Below the pieces are notes generated by a model that saw only the letters and a list, made by a program, of their open reading frames with translations, did no database searches and had not been told where the DNA came from. A DNA stretch of 63,172 bases from a virus. Its lineage: Duplodnaviria; Caudoviricetes. Positions 39,190-46,828 of the stretch are shown piece after piece (position 1 is the first letter of the stretch; each line of letters begins with the position of its first letter). The stretch covers positions 1 through 63,172 of the IMG/VR virus record IMGVR_UViG_3300009156_000028; one strand, given 5' to 3'. The position numbers and the translations under genes were made by a program.

Positions 39190-39290
39190 ACGTAGAGCGG
39201 ATGTTGTACCAGAGCATGGAAGGCGACGTTATATGGCGGCTGCTATCGGTTCTAGTCAACAAGCGGTCTATCGAAAGTTTGTACCAATGA
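39186..39290 (+). CDS. 34-aa ORF (not in ORF track)
   Basis: ATGA overlaps at both ends: MNVERMLYQSMEGDVIWRLLSVLVNKRSIESLYQ. Confidence 0.4.
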   Translation: MNVERMLYQSMEGDVIWRLLSVLVNKRSIESLYQ

Positions 39291-40279
39291 TCATCTCCGA
39301 AGTCGCCAAGCTCTCGCCGCTCAACCGGTTCTTGTACTGGATGCGCGAGCGGTACAGCATAGCTCTCCGCCGTCGCGCCGGCGCTTCCAAGCCGTGGACT
39401 GACGACGAAGTAATGCGGTCGTTCTTCTTCACTCATCCGTACCGGGAGATGGACAAGGTCACGATCTGGTTCAAGGAGAACATCCGCGAGCCGCTCCGCA
39501 ACCGGTCCGAAGTCCTCTTCGCTACGATCTGCTTCCGCTGGTTCAACCTTCCGGAGACCGGAGAGGCTCTAGGCGTTGCGAAGGAAGTCAAGTTCAACTA
39601 CGCAGGAGTGCAGTGCTCTGAGAAACGGTTTGCGCCGGACTCACTCTTGATTAAATGGGACCCCAATGAAGCTCTGAGACGGCTAGGAGCTATTCGCGAC
39701 CGGAAGGGTCAGGTATTCACCGGTGCCTTTATGATAAACTCCCCCCCAGGAGAACCGAAGCTGGAGGCTATTGTTAGGAGAGTGAATAACGTTTGGGAGA
39801 AGCGGCGTGAGTTGCTAAGAGCTTTCCATAAGGATGGCGAGACCGATCCTCACATTCACGGCTGTGATACTAGGTATCAGGGAGATTGTACGTTGGAGTC
39901 GGCTCATAAAGCGCTTACTCAGTTTGATGGGATGGGCGGCTTCATGGCTTACGAAGTCGTATGCGACCTTCGCTACACCTACTTGCTTGAGAAGGCTCCG
40001 GACAAGCTCACGTGGTGCAATCCCGGTCCTGGCTGCGTCCGCGGTCTGTATCGGCTCCTAGGCCGGGACTTCCCGAAAGGCGACAACTCAACTTCTCCGC
40101 CTTGCCCGGCGGACTTCCAAGATCAGATGCGTGACCTTCTCCGGACCGCGACCGCTCGCCTTCGCGGGATGCCGGCGCTGGAGATGCGGGAGATTGAGCA
40201 CTCACTCTGCGAGTTTGATAAGTACGAACGTCTCCGCAACGGAGACGGGAAGGCTAAACGTCGCTATCAAGGAGCTTAA
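39287..40279 (+). CDS. 5-hmdU DNA kinase (aGPT-Pplase1 family)
   Basis: FLYWMRER..I...PWTDD.....F..P.RE.DKVT, FRWFN, FTGAF, GGFMAYEVVCDL, GPG..RGL, EIEHSLCEFDKY. Confidence 0.85.
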   Translation: MIISEVAKLSPLNRFLYWMRERYSIALRRRAGASKPWTDDEVMRSFFFTHPYREMDKVTIWFKENIREPLRNRSEVLFATICFRWFNLPETGEALGVAKEVKFNYAGVQCSEKRFAPDSLLIKWDPNEALRRLGAIRDRKGQVFTGAFMINSPPGEPKLEAIVRRVNNVWEKRRELLRAFHKDGETDPHIHGCDTRYQGDCTLESAHKALTQFDGMGGFMAYEVVCDLRYTYLLEKAPDKLTWCNPGPGCVRGLYRLLGRDFPKGDNSTSPPCPADFQDQMRDLLRTATARLRGMPALEMREIEHSLCEFDKYERLRNGDGKAKRRYQGA

Positions 40280-40281
40280 CC

Positions 40282-41085
40282 ATGGGACAAACTCTCGCCG
40301 GGTTCCGTTGGATTCAAGATAGTGTTCCAGCCGTCACGAAAATACTGATGCACGAGTGGTGGTCTGGGGAGCTTCTCAAGAAGGGGATAACTGAGCAGGA
40401 GATACTATTGAACCCGGCGGCCATGCCAACTATCCGCCGCGAGCCTTACAACGGGATGTTTGCTGACTATGTTGACTATATGGTTCCGGAGTTCAAGCCG
40501 TACTTCAAATTGAATTCGACAGGTCATATCTTCGGATATGCGAGAGCGTTGACTGATAGAACTACGCATTCAATTCGTAAGGGAGAGATGGCTAGGTTCA
40601 GGACACCAGTTTGGAATCCTCTGCGCGAAATGATTCTGAGAGCTATTAGGGAGCAACGGCCGATAACGGCGGCCCACAGGTTTCAGGCTCATGAGCAAGT
40701 CCTCTATCAAGAGTCCAAAGGATTGCCAGGGGTGTATGTGAATGTTGATAGCGACGATTTGAGTTGGTTCTATCTAGGACAGAGCGGAGACGTGGCAGAG
40801 CGTAGTCACGGTCATAAGAATGGGTGTTTGTTTTTGTATCGAGTTTACGTGACTGGAGATAAGAAGGATGCAGTTAACTTAGAAGCGGCTCTGTATCGTA
40901 GGTTGGAGGAGATGAAGGTGATAGCCTTTCGTCAGATACCTAGCGGGCCAGTAGGCAAGCAGGGCGGTCTCCGATTAGAGCGCGGATTGAATCCAGTTTC
41001 TGTAATTGACTTTTTGGTTAGGTCGTTTTACCGCGAATGGTGTAGGAGCACTCTTGGTTTAGCCGTGGTTAAGTTCCAACCATGA
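40282..41085 (+). CDS. hypothetical protein with GIY-YIG-like C-terminal domain
   Basis: PGVYV...FYLGQS.DV.ER..GH...LEAAL; visibly more AT-rich than flanks. Confidence 0.5.
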   Translation: MGQTLAGFRWIQDSVPAVTKILMHEWWSGELLKKGITEQEILLNPAAMPTIRREPYNGMFADYVDYMVPEFKPYFKLNSTGHIFGYARALTDRTTHSIRKGEMARFRTPVWNPLREMILRAIREQRPITAAHRFQAHEQVLYQESKGLPGVYVNVDSDDLSWFYLGQSGDVAERSHGHKNGCLFLYRVYVTGDKKDAVNLEAALYRRLEEMKVIAFRQIPSGPVGKQGGLRLERGLNPVSVIDFLVRSFYREWCRSTLGLAVVKFQP

Positions 41086-41654
41086 TCATCCAAATCCGCG
41101 GCACGTCCGGCTCCGGTAAGACAACGGCTATGCGAACCGTTATGGACTTGCTGAGCAGACAAACTTACGTTCAGATCGGACGGATAGAGGGACGGCGCAA
41201 CCCGCTCTACTATCACTGGATTAGCGCCAAGCTCTCCGTCTCCGTACTCGGCTCATATGAATCGACCTGCGGCGGAGTCGATACCATTCACGGCTATGAT
41301 CAACTCCAGTCGCTCGTCCGCGAGCGGTCCGATTGCGGTCACGTGCTGATGGAAGGTATCCTGCTCTCAGAGGACGTCAAGCAGACTCTCGCGATGAACG
41401 AGCGGTTGTGTACGGCGGACGAGCCGTTGCGCGTAATCTTCCTGAACACTCCGCTCGATGTCTGCCTGGAGCGGGTCCGGAAGCGGCGAGCGGAAGCCGG
41501 CAACGACAAGCCGCTCAACGAGACGAACACGCGCAATAGAGTCGATACAATACAGCGAGCGAGAGCGCGGCTAGAAACCGCCGGAGTCCTCTGCCGCTCC
41601 GCTGCCTGCTCTCAAGTTCCGCGACTCGTTTTGAGTTGGCTCAAAGGAGCCTAA
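41082..41654 (+). CDS. P-loop nucleotide kinase of thymidine-hypermodification clusters
   Basis: IRGTSGSGKTT, LGSY...CGGVDTI, LMEG, TPLDVCLERV..RR. Confidence 0.8.
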   Translation: MIIQIRGTSGSGKTTAMRTVMDLLSRQTYVQIGRIEGRRNPLYYHWISAKLSVSVLGSYESTCGGVDTIHGYDQLQSLVRERSDCGHVLMEGILLSEDVKQTLAMNERLCTADEPLRVIFLNTPLDVCLERVRKRRAEAGNDKPLNETNTRNRVDTIQRARARLETAGVLCRSAACSQVPRLVLSWLKGA

Positions 41655-41657
41655 GCA

Positions 41658-43040
41658 ATGGATCAAGAAGCTGCTTGGCTAACGAAAGACATTGGCGATG
41701 ACGTCAACACCGCATATGAGAAATATGAATACTTTATGCGGCCGGAGCCGTTTGACGACTTGGGACCGATCCGAGTCATTCAGGACGAGCTAACGCAGAG
41801 ACCAATGAAGGTCCGCGATATGGCGATTGGGATGACGCGCAATGCCGCGGCGGAGCGAAAGCAGCACATCACCGCCTATCTGGAGCCGTATCCGCACATG
41901 CGGATTGATACGGCTAAGCCGCTTCAAGGCTGGTACAAGTCGCTCCACGAGCCGGAAGGAGTCCGACCGCGACCGTGCTTCAGCGAAGCGGTGCTGACGG
42001 AACCTTACGGCGGTTGGTGCGCCGTTGGCTGCTCCTTCTGCTACGTCAACTCTGGGATGCGCGGCTACCGCGGGACCGGGCTGATCACGGTTCCGATCAA
42101 CTACGGAGAGCAGATCAAGAAGCAGTTGAGCAAGATGCTCCGTGGTGCTGCCGGCTACTTCTCTTCATTCACGGACCCGTTCACCCCGCTGGAGAGCTTC
42201 TATCACAACACGGAGAGAGCGGCGACGGAGTTTGTCAACGTAGGTCTCCCAATCTTCTTTCTCAGCCGGCTCCGCTATCCCGATTGGGCGGTCAACCTCT
42301 TGACGAAGAACCCTCACAGCTACGCGCAGAAGTCGATCAACACTCCAGACCCGGAAGATTGGCGGCGGCTTTCTCCCGGCGCTCTGCCGCTTGAGGAGCA
42401 CTTCAAGGACATCTCGCGGCTCCGGCGAGCCGGCATCTACGTGTCCATACAATGCAATCCGGTCCTACCGGGAGTCACCGACAACGAGCAGATCATTCTG
42501 CTATTCAAGAAGTTGGCTGCTGCCGGAGCGCATCACGTCATCGTCAAGTTTGTTGAAGCCGGCTACAGCTGGGCTCCGGCGATGGTAGAGCGAACTATCA
42601 AGAGGTTCGGAGACCGCGGGCTGAAGTTTGCGGAGCTATTCACAGAGAACATCGGCGGTCAGAGGACGATTCAAGAGGACTACCGATTGAAGGCTCACCG
42701 GCTCTACGCCAGCTATGCCCGGCGGTACGGTCTCACCTACGCTACGTGCTATGAGTACCGGTACGAACGGGACGGAGCCGGCAACGTTACAAATAAGACC
42801 GGGGTGAGTATCGGCCGGGAGTTCACGACCGCGGAGCAATGCCACGGCCAACGGGTTCCGGTCTATACTAGAAGCTCCCCTGACGAAATGTTTGCGCCGC
42901 TCGATGTCTGCCCGCCTTCCGGTTGCTTGTACTGTGCCGCGGAGAATGAAGGACAGCCGCGGTGCGGAGATGAGGACTTGGGACTGGCGAAGGCAATGCG
43001 GGGTTCGGACTACAAGAAGCCTTTAATTCAAATCCAATGA
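41658..43040 (+). CDS. radical SAM enzyme (candidate glycyl-thymidine isomerase)
   Basis: CAVGCSFC (CxxxCxxC), SSFTDPF, C-terminal CPPSGCLYC. Confidence 0.85.
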   Translation: MDQEAAWLTKDIGDDVNTAYEKYEYFMRPEPFDDLGPIRVIQDELTQRPMKVRDMAIGMTRNAAAERKQHITAYLEPYPHMRIDTAKPLQGWYKSLHEPEGVRPRPCFSEAVLTEPYGGWCAVGCSFCYVNSGMRGYRGTGLITVPINYGEQIKKQLSKMLRGAAGYFSSFTDPFTPLESFYHNTERAATEFVNVGLPIFFLSRLRYPDWAVNLLTKNPHSYAQKSINTPDPEDWRRLSPGALPLEEHFKDISRLRRAGIYVSIQCNPVLPGVTDNEQIILLFKKLAAAGAHHVIVKFVEAGYSWAPAMVERTIKRFGDRGLKFAELFTENIGGQRTIQEDYRLKAHRLYASYARRYGLTYATCYEYRYERDGAGNVTNKTGVSIGREFTTAEQCHGQRVPVYTRSSPDEMFAPLDVCPPSGCLYCAAENEGQPRCGDEDLGLAKAMRGSDYKKPLIQIQ

Positions 43041-43315
43041 GCGACTCTCTAGGCGACTACCGCGACGCGCGAACCAAGATGGACCGGTTGCGCATAGCCT
43101 TCGCAACCGGCGGCTTCTTCCGAGACGCTGTCTTGAGAGAGCGCTCTGACGGTTATCCGACCGCCTTGGAAGTGGATATGTTTCTGGCCGGCTGTCTTAT
43201 CGAGCTAGAAGAACGGCTGCGTCAGATTGACGAGCGGTTGAAGGCAGAGGAACAGTTCAGAAGTCTGTTGACTGATAACGCGAACCCTGCCGGCGGTAGC
43301 TGTTCGCGGGGGTAG
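43037..43315 (+). CDS. hypothetical protein
   Basis: ATGA-coupled to the rSAM gene. Confidence 0.5.
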   Translation: MSDSLGDYRDARTKMDRLRIAFATGGFFRDAVLRERSDGYPTALEVDMFLAGCLIELEERLRQIDERLKAEEQFRSLLTDNANPAGGSCSRG

Positions 43316-43386
43316 TGGGACCCGATCCTTCAGGCCGTTTAGCGGCGGCTCCTTATTAGGGTTGATCCAAGAGAAGGTCTGTAGCC

Positions 43387-44214
43387 ATTAACTCTCAGAG
43401 AGCTACCCTATCAGTCACGGACTTCGGACGGCAACTTGTCGAGACCGGAGACCTTGACCCGATATACGTGATGCTTCACGGTGCTCAGCTACCTCTCCCG
43501 GTCCTGAAGCGCTGGCTGCTCGCCTACTTCTGTTTTTATCACGCTGGAACTTCCTCTTGGATTGCTGGTCAGTCCGACTACTGGACTGCGATGAAATCAG
43601 CGGCGGCTTCTTCCGAGTATCCGAGAGGATCAGAGCGGCGACACTTCCGCGCCGCGCTCGCGGTCTCGTCTGTTGAGGAGCTTAGCAAGGAGCTTCCTGA
43701 GTTTTGGGATTTCATCCTAGCTCCGCACCCGACTTGCTACTGCAACCCGCCTTGTATTCCGCTTTGGGCGATGATGGAGCGGGTGAGCGGCTTCCGCGGG
43801 TTCGGAGAATGGATTGCCTTCAAGGTTGCTGACGTTGTCGAGCGGATGGGACTCTACCGGATACCGTTTGACGACGATTGGACTGAGAAGTTTTTGTTCA
43901 AGGCTCCGCGGCAGGGAGCCGATATGGTCGTTGAGAAGTACGCCGCGCTGAAAGTCTTTCCGCCGGTCACTACAAACGTCGCCTGGTCGTTCGGCTATCT
44001 CCGGCGAGAGCTAGGCGACTTGAAGGCTCCGCCGCGGTACGAACGGCCGTTGAATGCTCAGGAGTTTGAAACGATCCTCTGCAAATGGAAGTCGCACCTA
44101 GGCGGTCACTATCCGGTCGGCAAAGACCTTCACGAAGTTCGGGAAGGTCTCCACTGGTTCTCTCGCTGCAAGCTCTCCCAACGTCTCCTGCGGTCGCTCC
44201 CCCAACCAGTCTAG
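43387..44214 (+). CDS. amino acid:DNA transferase (aGPT-Pplase2 family); start uncertain
   Basis: DFGRQLVETGDLDPIY (upstream of first GTG at 43468), RWLLAYFCFYHAG, RGSERRHFR, GFGEWIAFKVAD, QEFETILCKWKSH..GHY.VGKD. Confidence 0.82.
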   Translation: MNSQRATLSVTDFGRQLVETGDLDPIYVMLHGAQLPLPVLKRWLLAYFCFYHAGTSSWIAGQSDYWTAMKSAAASSEYPRGSERRHFRAALAVSSVEELSKELPEFWDFILAPHPTCYCNPPCIPLWAMMERVSGFRGFGEWIAFKVADVVERMGLYRIPFDDDWTEKFLFKAPRQGADMVVEKYAALKVFPPVTTNVAWSFGYLRRELGDLKAPPRYERPLNAQEFETILCKWKSHLGGHYPVGKDLHEVREGLHWFSRCKLSQRLLRSLPQPV

Positions 44215-44215
44215 G

Positions 44216-45115
44216 ATGTCTAGGACAATGCCTATTGCTCCCGTCCGCCGTCCACAACCCGTCCGCCAAGCGCCGGCTCCGCTTGGTCGTATCGTTGCCG
44301 GCGGCATGCTACGGCGCAACACTCCGGTGCAGGACTATACGGCGGAGTATGGGCTGTGGGTTAAGCGAGAGGACCTAGCGTGCCCTCTGCCGGGTCCGCC
44401 ATTTAGCAAGGCTCGCGGAGTGTACGCGCATCTCCTCTCCCGGCCGGAGACCTTGATTGGCGTACTTGATACGCAGCACTCGCAAGCCGGCTGGGCGGTC
44501 GCGAGAGCTTGCCAGGTGCTCAAGAAGCAGGCGGTCAACTACTATCCGGTATTCAAAAGAGAGCTTGACGACAACGATCCGCCGCAGCACGAGCTACGGA
44601 ACCCGCAGATCAAGTCGAGCGGACTTGGCGCCGCGCTCGTTGCGCTCCCGGCCGGACGTTCCGCGATTCTCTATCACTCAGCGAAGAGGGACTGCGAGAG
44701 CCGCGGCGGCTACATGATGCCTAACGCGCTGAAGCTCATCGAGTCGATAACGGAGACCGCGGCGGAAGTCGCCGGACTCTTCGACAACGTGCTGGTTGCG
44801 ATCAGTAGCGGGACGATAGCGGCCGGAGTCATCCGCGGCTTCCGCGACCGCGGCGGCAAGCTCCCTAGGTTCTTGATTCATCTCGGCTACTCTCGTTCTC
44901 ACGAAGAGGTTGAGCGGTACTTACGAGAGGCTTCCGGTTGCCCGGCGGTTCCTACGATGCTGATTGACGAGCACTATGCCTACAGCGACAAGGCGAGCGC
45001 GGGACCTACTCCTAGCTTCCCCTGCAATGAGTATTACGATCTGAAAGCCTTCCGCTGGTGGATGGCGAACCGGGAGAAGTTCCCTGGTCGGACCTTGATG
45101 TGGAATATCGGCTGA
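44216..45115 (+). CDS. PLP-dependent enzyme (fold type II; candidate decarboxylase acting on modified DNA)
   Basis: VKREDL...FSKARG, SQAGWAVA, SSGTIAAG, YYDLKA, LMWNIG. Confidence 0.82.
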   Translation: MSRTMPIAPVRRPQPVRQAPAPLGRIVAGGMLRRNTPVQDYTAEYGLWVKREDLACPLPGPPFSKARGVYAHLLSRPETLIGVLDTQHSQAGWAVARACQVLKKQAVNYYPVFKRELDDNDPPQHELRNPQIKSSGLGAALVALPAGRSAILYHSAKRDCESRGGYMMPNALKLIESITETAAEVAGLFDNVLVAISSGTIAAGVIRGFRDRGGKLPRFLIHLGYSRSHEEVERYLREASGCPAVPTMLIDEHYAYSDKASAGPTPSFPCNEYYDLKAFRWWMANREKFPGRTLMWNIG

Positions 45116-45126
45116 GCGCAATAAAG

Positions 45127-45149
45127 AACCCCGGTGATTGCCGGGGTTT
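45127..45149. terminator. probable bidirectional terminator between convergent genes
   Basis: AACCCCGG-TGATTG-CCGGGGTT flanked by A/T runs. Confidence 0.65.
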
Positions 45150-45173
45150 GAAAGGTTCCGAGTGAGTGACTTG

Positions 45174-45650
45174 TTAGACTGCTGCGGCTTCCGCGGGAGA
45201 CGGGGCCGGAGCCTTCCGGACCGGCTTGGGGTGAGCCTTCTTCGCCGGGACCTTCTTCGCGGCCGGCTTGGGAGCCTTCTTCGCGGCCGGCTTGCTCTTG
45301 CCCTTCTCCCGCTCCTTCGTCTCAACGAGAGCCTTCTCAAGCGCCTTCTCGCCGCTCGCGGTGATGCGGTCGTAATAAACGTCACGCGGGTCCTCTTTGC
45401 CCTTGACCTGTTCGGCCTGATAGTCGCCGCGGACGTAACCGCGGGTGTACAGGTCGTGACCGGTCACGTAATTCTTCATAGTGTCGGTTCCGTCTCCGAT
45501 GTAGCCGATGGCGATGCAGAAGCCGGATTGGTCCAGCTCAGTTTTCTCCGCGAGAGCTTTGCGGGTGAGGGGACCGTGCTTCTTGAGGGCCTGAAGAATC
45601 TTGATCTGACCCTTCGACAACCGGCGGTCTGCGGCGACTTTCTTGGACAT
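45174..45650 (-). CDS. winged-HTH DNA-binding protein with histone H1-like KPAAKK tail
   Basis: QIKILQALKKHGPLTRKALAEKT...ITASGEKAL; C-terminal KPAAKKAPKPAAKK. Confidence 0.7.
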   Translation of the reverse strand: MSKKVAADRRLSKGQIKILQALKKHGPLTRKALAEKTELDQSGFCIAIGYIGDGTDTMKNYVTGHDLYTRGYVRGDYQAEQVKGKEDPRDVYYDRITASGEKALEKALVETKEREKGKSKPAAKKAPKPAAKKVPAKKAHPKPVRKAPAPSPAEAAAV

Positions 45651-45743
45651 GGCGAATTCTCCGAAATGGGGTTTGGAACTGAACCGAAGCGGTCCAGATC
45701 GGAAAGCAGCCGGAACCGGCCGGCTGCCCTCCAATCCGAGTCG

Positions 45744-46100
45744 CTACATACTGGTCTGATAGCCGTTTTCATCGAACCACTTGCGAAGGGCAGGAAGGAA
45801 CTGAATGTGCTCCTCAGCGAATTCCAACTCAAAGTGATACGGTACGTTGTCGTTGAGCGGAACCCGGACAACGCAAGAACCGTAGCCGCCGGCTCCGGCT
45901 CCGCCGCTGATAACAAGATCAGATTTGTGACCCCTCTTCGCCTTCGCCGGTTCAATCGAAAAACCAGCGTCCCAAGGCATCGGGTGCTCTCCGGAATCTT
46001 GAAGGCAGGGACCGTTCAGGCTCGTCTCAAAAATCGTATCCCAAAAAGATTCGGGCGGGTTTGCGGAGTTGGCGGTGAACTTAACTTTGAGAACGTTCAT
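45744..46100 (-). CDS. hypothetical protein
   Basis: AAGGA SD; directly downstream of promoter copy 2. Confidence 0.6.
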   Translation of the reverse strand: MNVLKVKFTANSANPPESFWDTIFETSLNGPCLQDSGEHPMPWDAGFSIEPAKAKRGHKSDLVISGGAGAGGYGSCVVRVPLNDNVPYHFELEFAEEHIQFLPALRKWFDENGYQTSM

Positions 46101-46141
46101 TTTCGTTTCCTTCGTTTGAGTTGTGATTCCCGACTTCCCCT

Positions 46142-46170
46142 ATCCTAGTAGAGTAGTCGGCTCCGGTCAA
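46142..46170 (-). promoter_or_regulatory. sigma70-like early promoter (copy 2 of repeat)
   Basis: TTGACC-N17-TAGGAT; 22-bp TATCCTAGTAGAGTAGTCGGCT identical to 27491-27512. Confidence 0.75.
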
Positions 46171-46264
46171 GTATGTCGGTGACGATTTCGGACGGATTTT
46201 GTCAAATAGTTTCGGTTGAGTCCGAACCTCTTGGGCTCATTGAACTTACGGCTGAGGAATTCTT

Positions 46265-46828
46265 ATGCGTTGGCGCACCATTTATCTTGACAAGGACGGA
46301 GTATTGGCGGACTTTCACCGGGCGGCGGCTCTCGCTCATAACAAGGACTACTCCGCCGCCAACTGGCCGCGAGCCGGGAAGGACCTTTCAGCTGTCTTAG
46401 GATTCAACTACAGCACTCCGGAAGGCTTCAAGGACTTCTGGGAGCCGATACGGTACAACGTCTATTTCTGGACAGCCATTAAGCCGTTCCCTTGGGTTGG
46501 AACGTTGCTTCGTCTAGCCGAGAGCTTCGCGGAAGAAGTCGTCATTTGTACCGGACCGGCTTCTCAAACGTCCGCGGAAGTCGCCGGAAAGCTGGACTGG
46601 CTTCGCGAGCATCGCATAGACAACGACGTTATCATCTGCCGGAAGAAGTATCGGCTTGCCGCTTCCGACTGTCTGCTGATTGACGACTGGGAGCGGCACG
46701 TAGATGATTTCAAGGCTCACGGCGGTCAATCTATCCTCTTTCCTCAACCCTGGAATCGAGATCACGCGCTTGCGTCCGATCCAATCCAACACGTAAGGAG
46801 TTTGCTCAATGGCTTTTCTCTGTCGTAA
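46265..46828 (+). CDS. HAD-family 5'(3')-deoxyribonucleotidase
   Basis: YLDKDGVLADF, K..WL, LLIDD, QPWN. Confidence 0.85.
   Translation: MRWRTIYLDKDGVLADFHRAAALAHNKDYSAANWPRAGKDLSAVLGFNYSTPEGFKDFWEPIRYNVYFWTAIKPFPWVGTLLRLAESFAEEVVICTGPASQTSAEVAGKLDWLREHRIDNDVIICRKKYRLAASDCLLIDDWERHVDDFKAHGGQSILFPQPWNRDHALASDPIQHVRSLLNGFSLS

Noticed and set aside
39128-39286. N-terminal extension of the 5-hmdU kinase given in the ORF track
   Set aside because: Overlaps the TOPRIM gene; ATG 39287, coupled to a 34-aa ORF, is the more plausible start
43310-43392. T4 gene 60-style ribosomal hop from GGG-TAG to the downstream GGG at 43359
   Set aside because: Landing there leads to TAA after nine codons and is not the transferase frame
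45138-46148. 336-aa plus-strand ORF
   Set aside because: Antisense shadow of two minus-strand genes that have SD sites, a promoter and recognisable motifs
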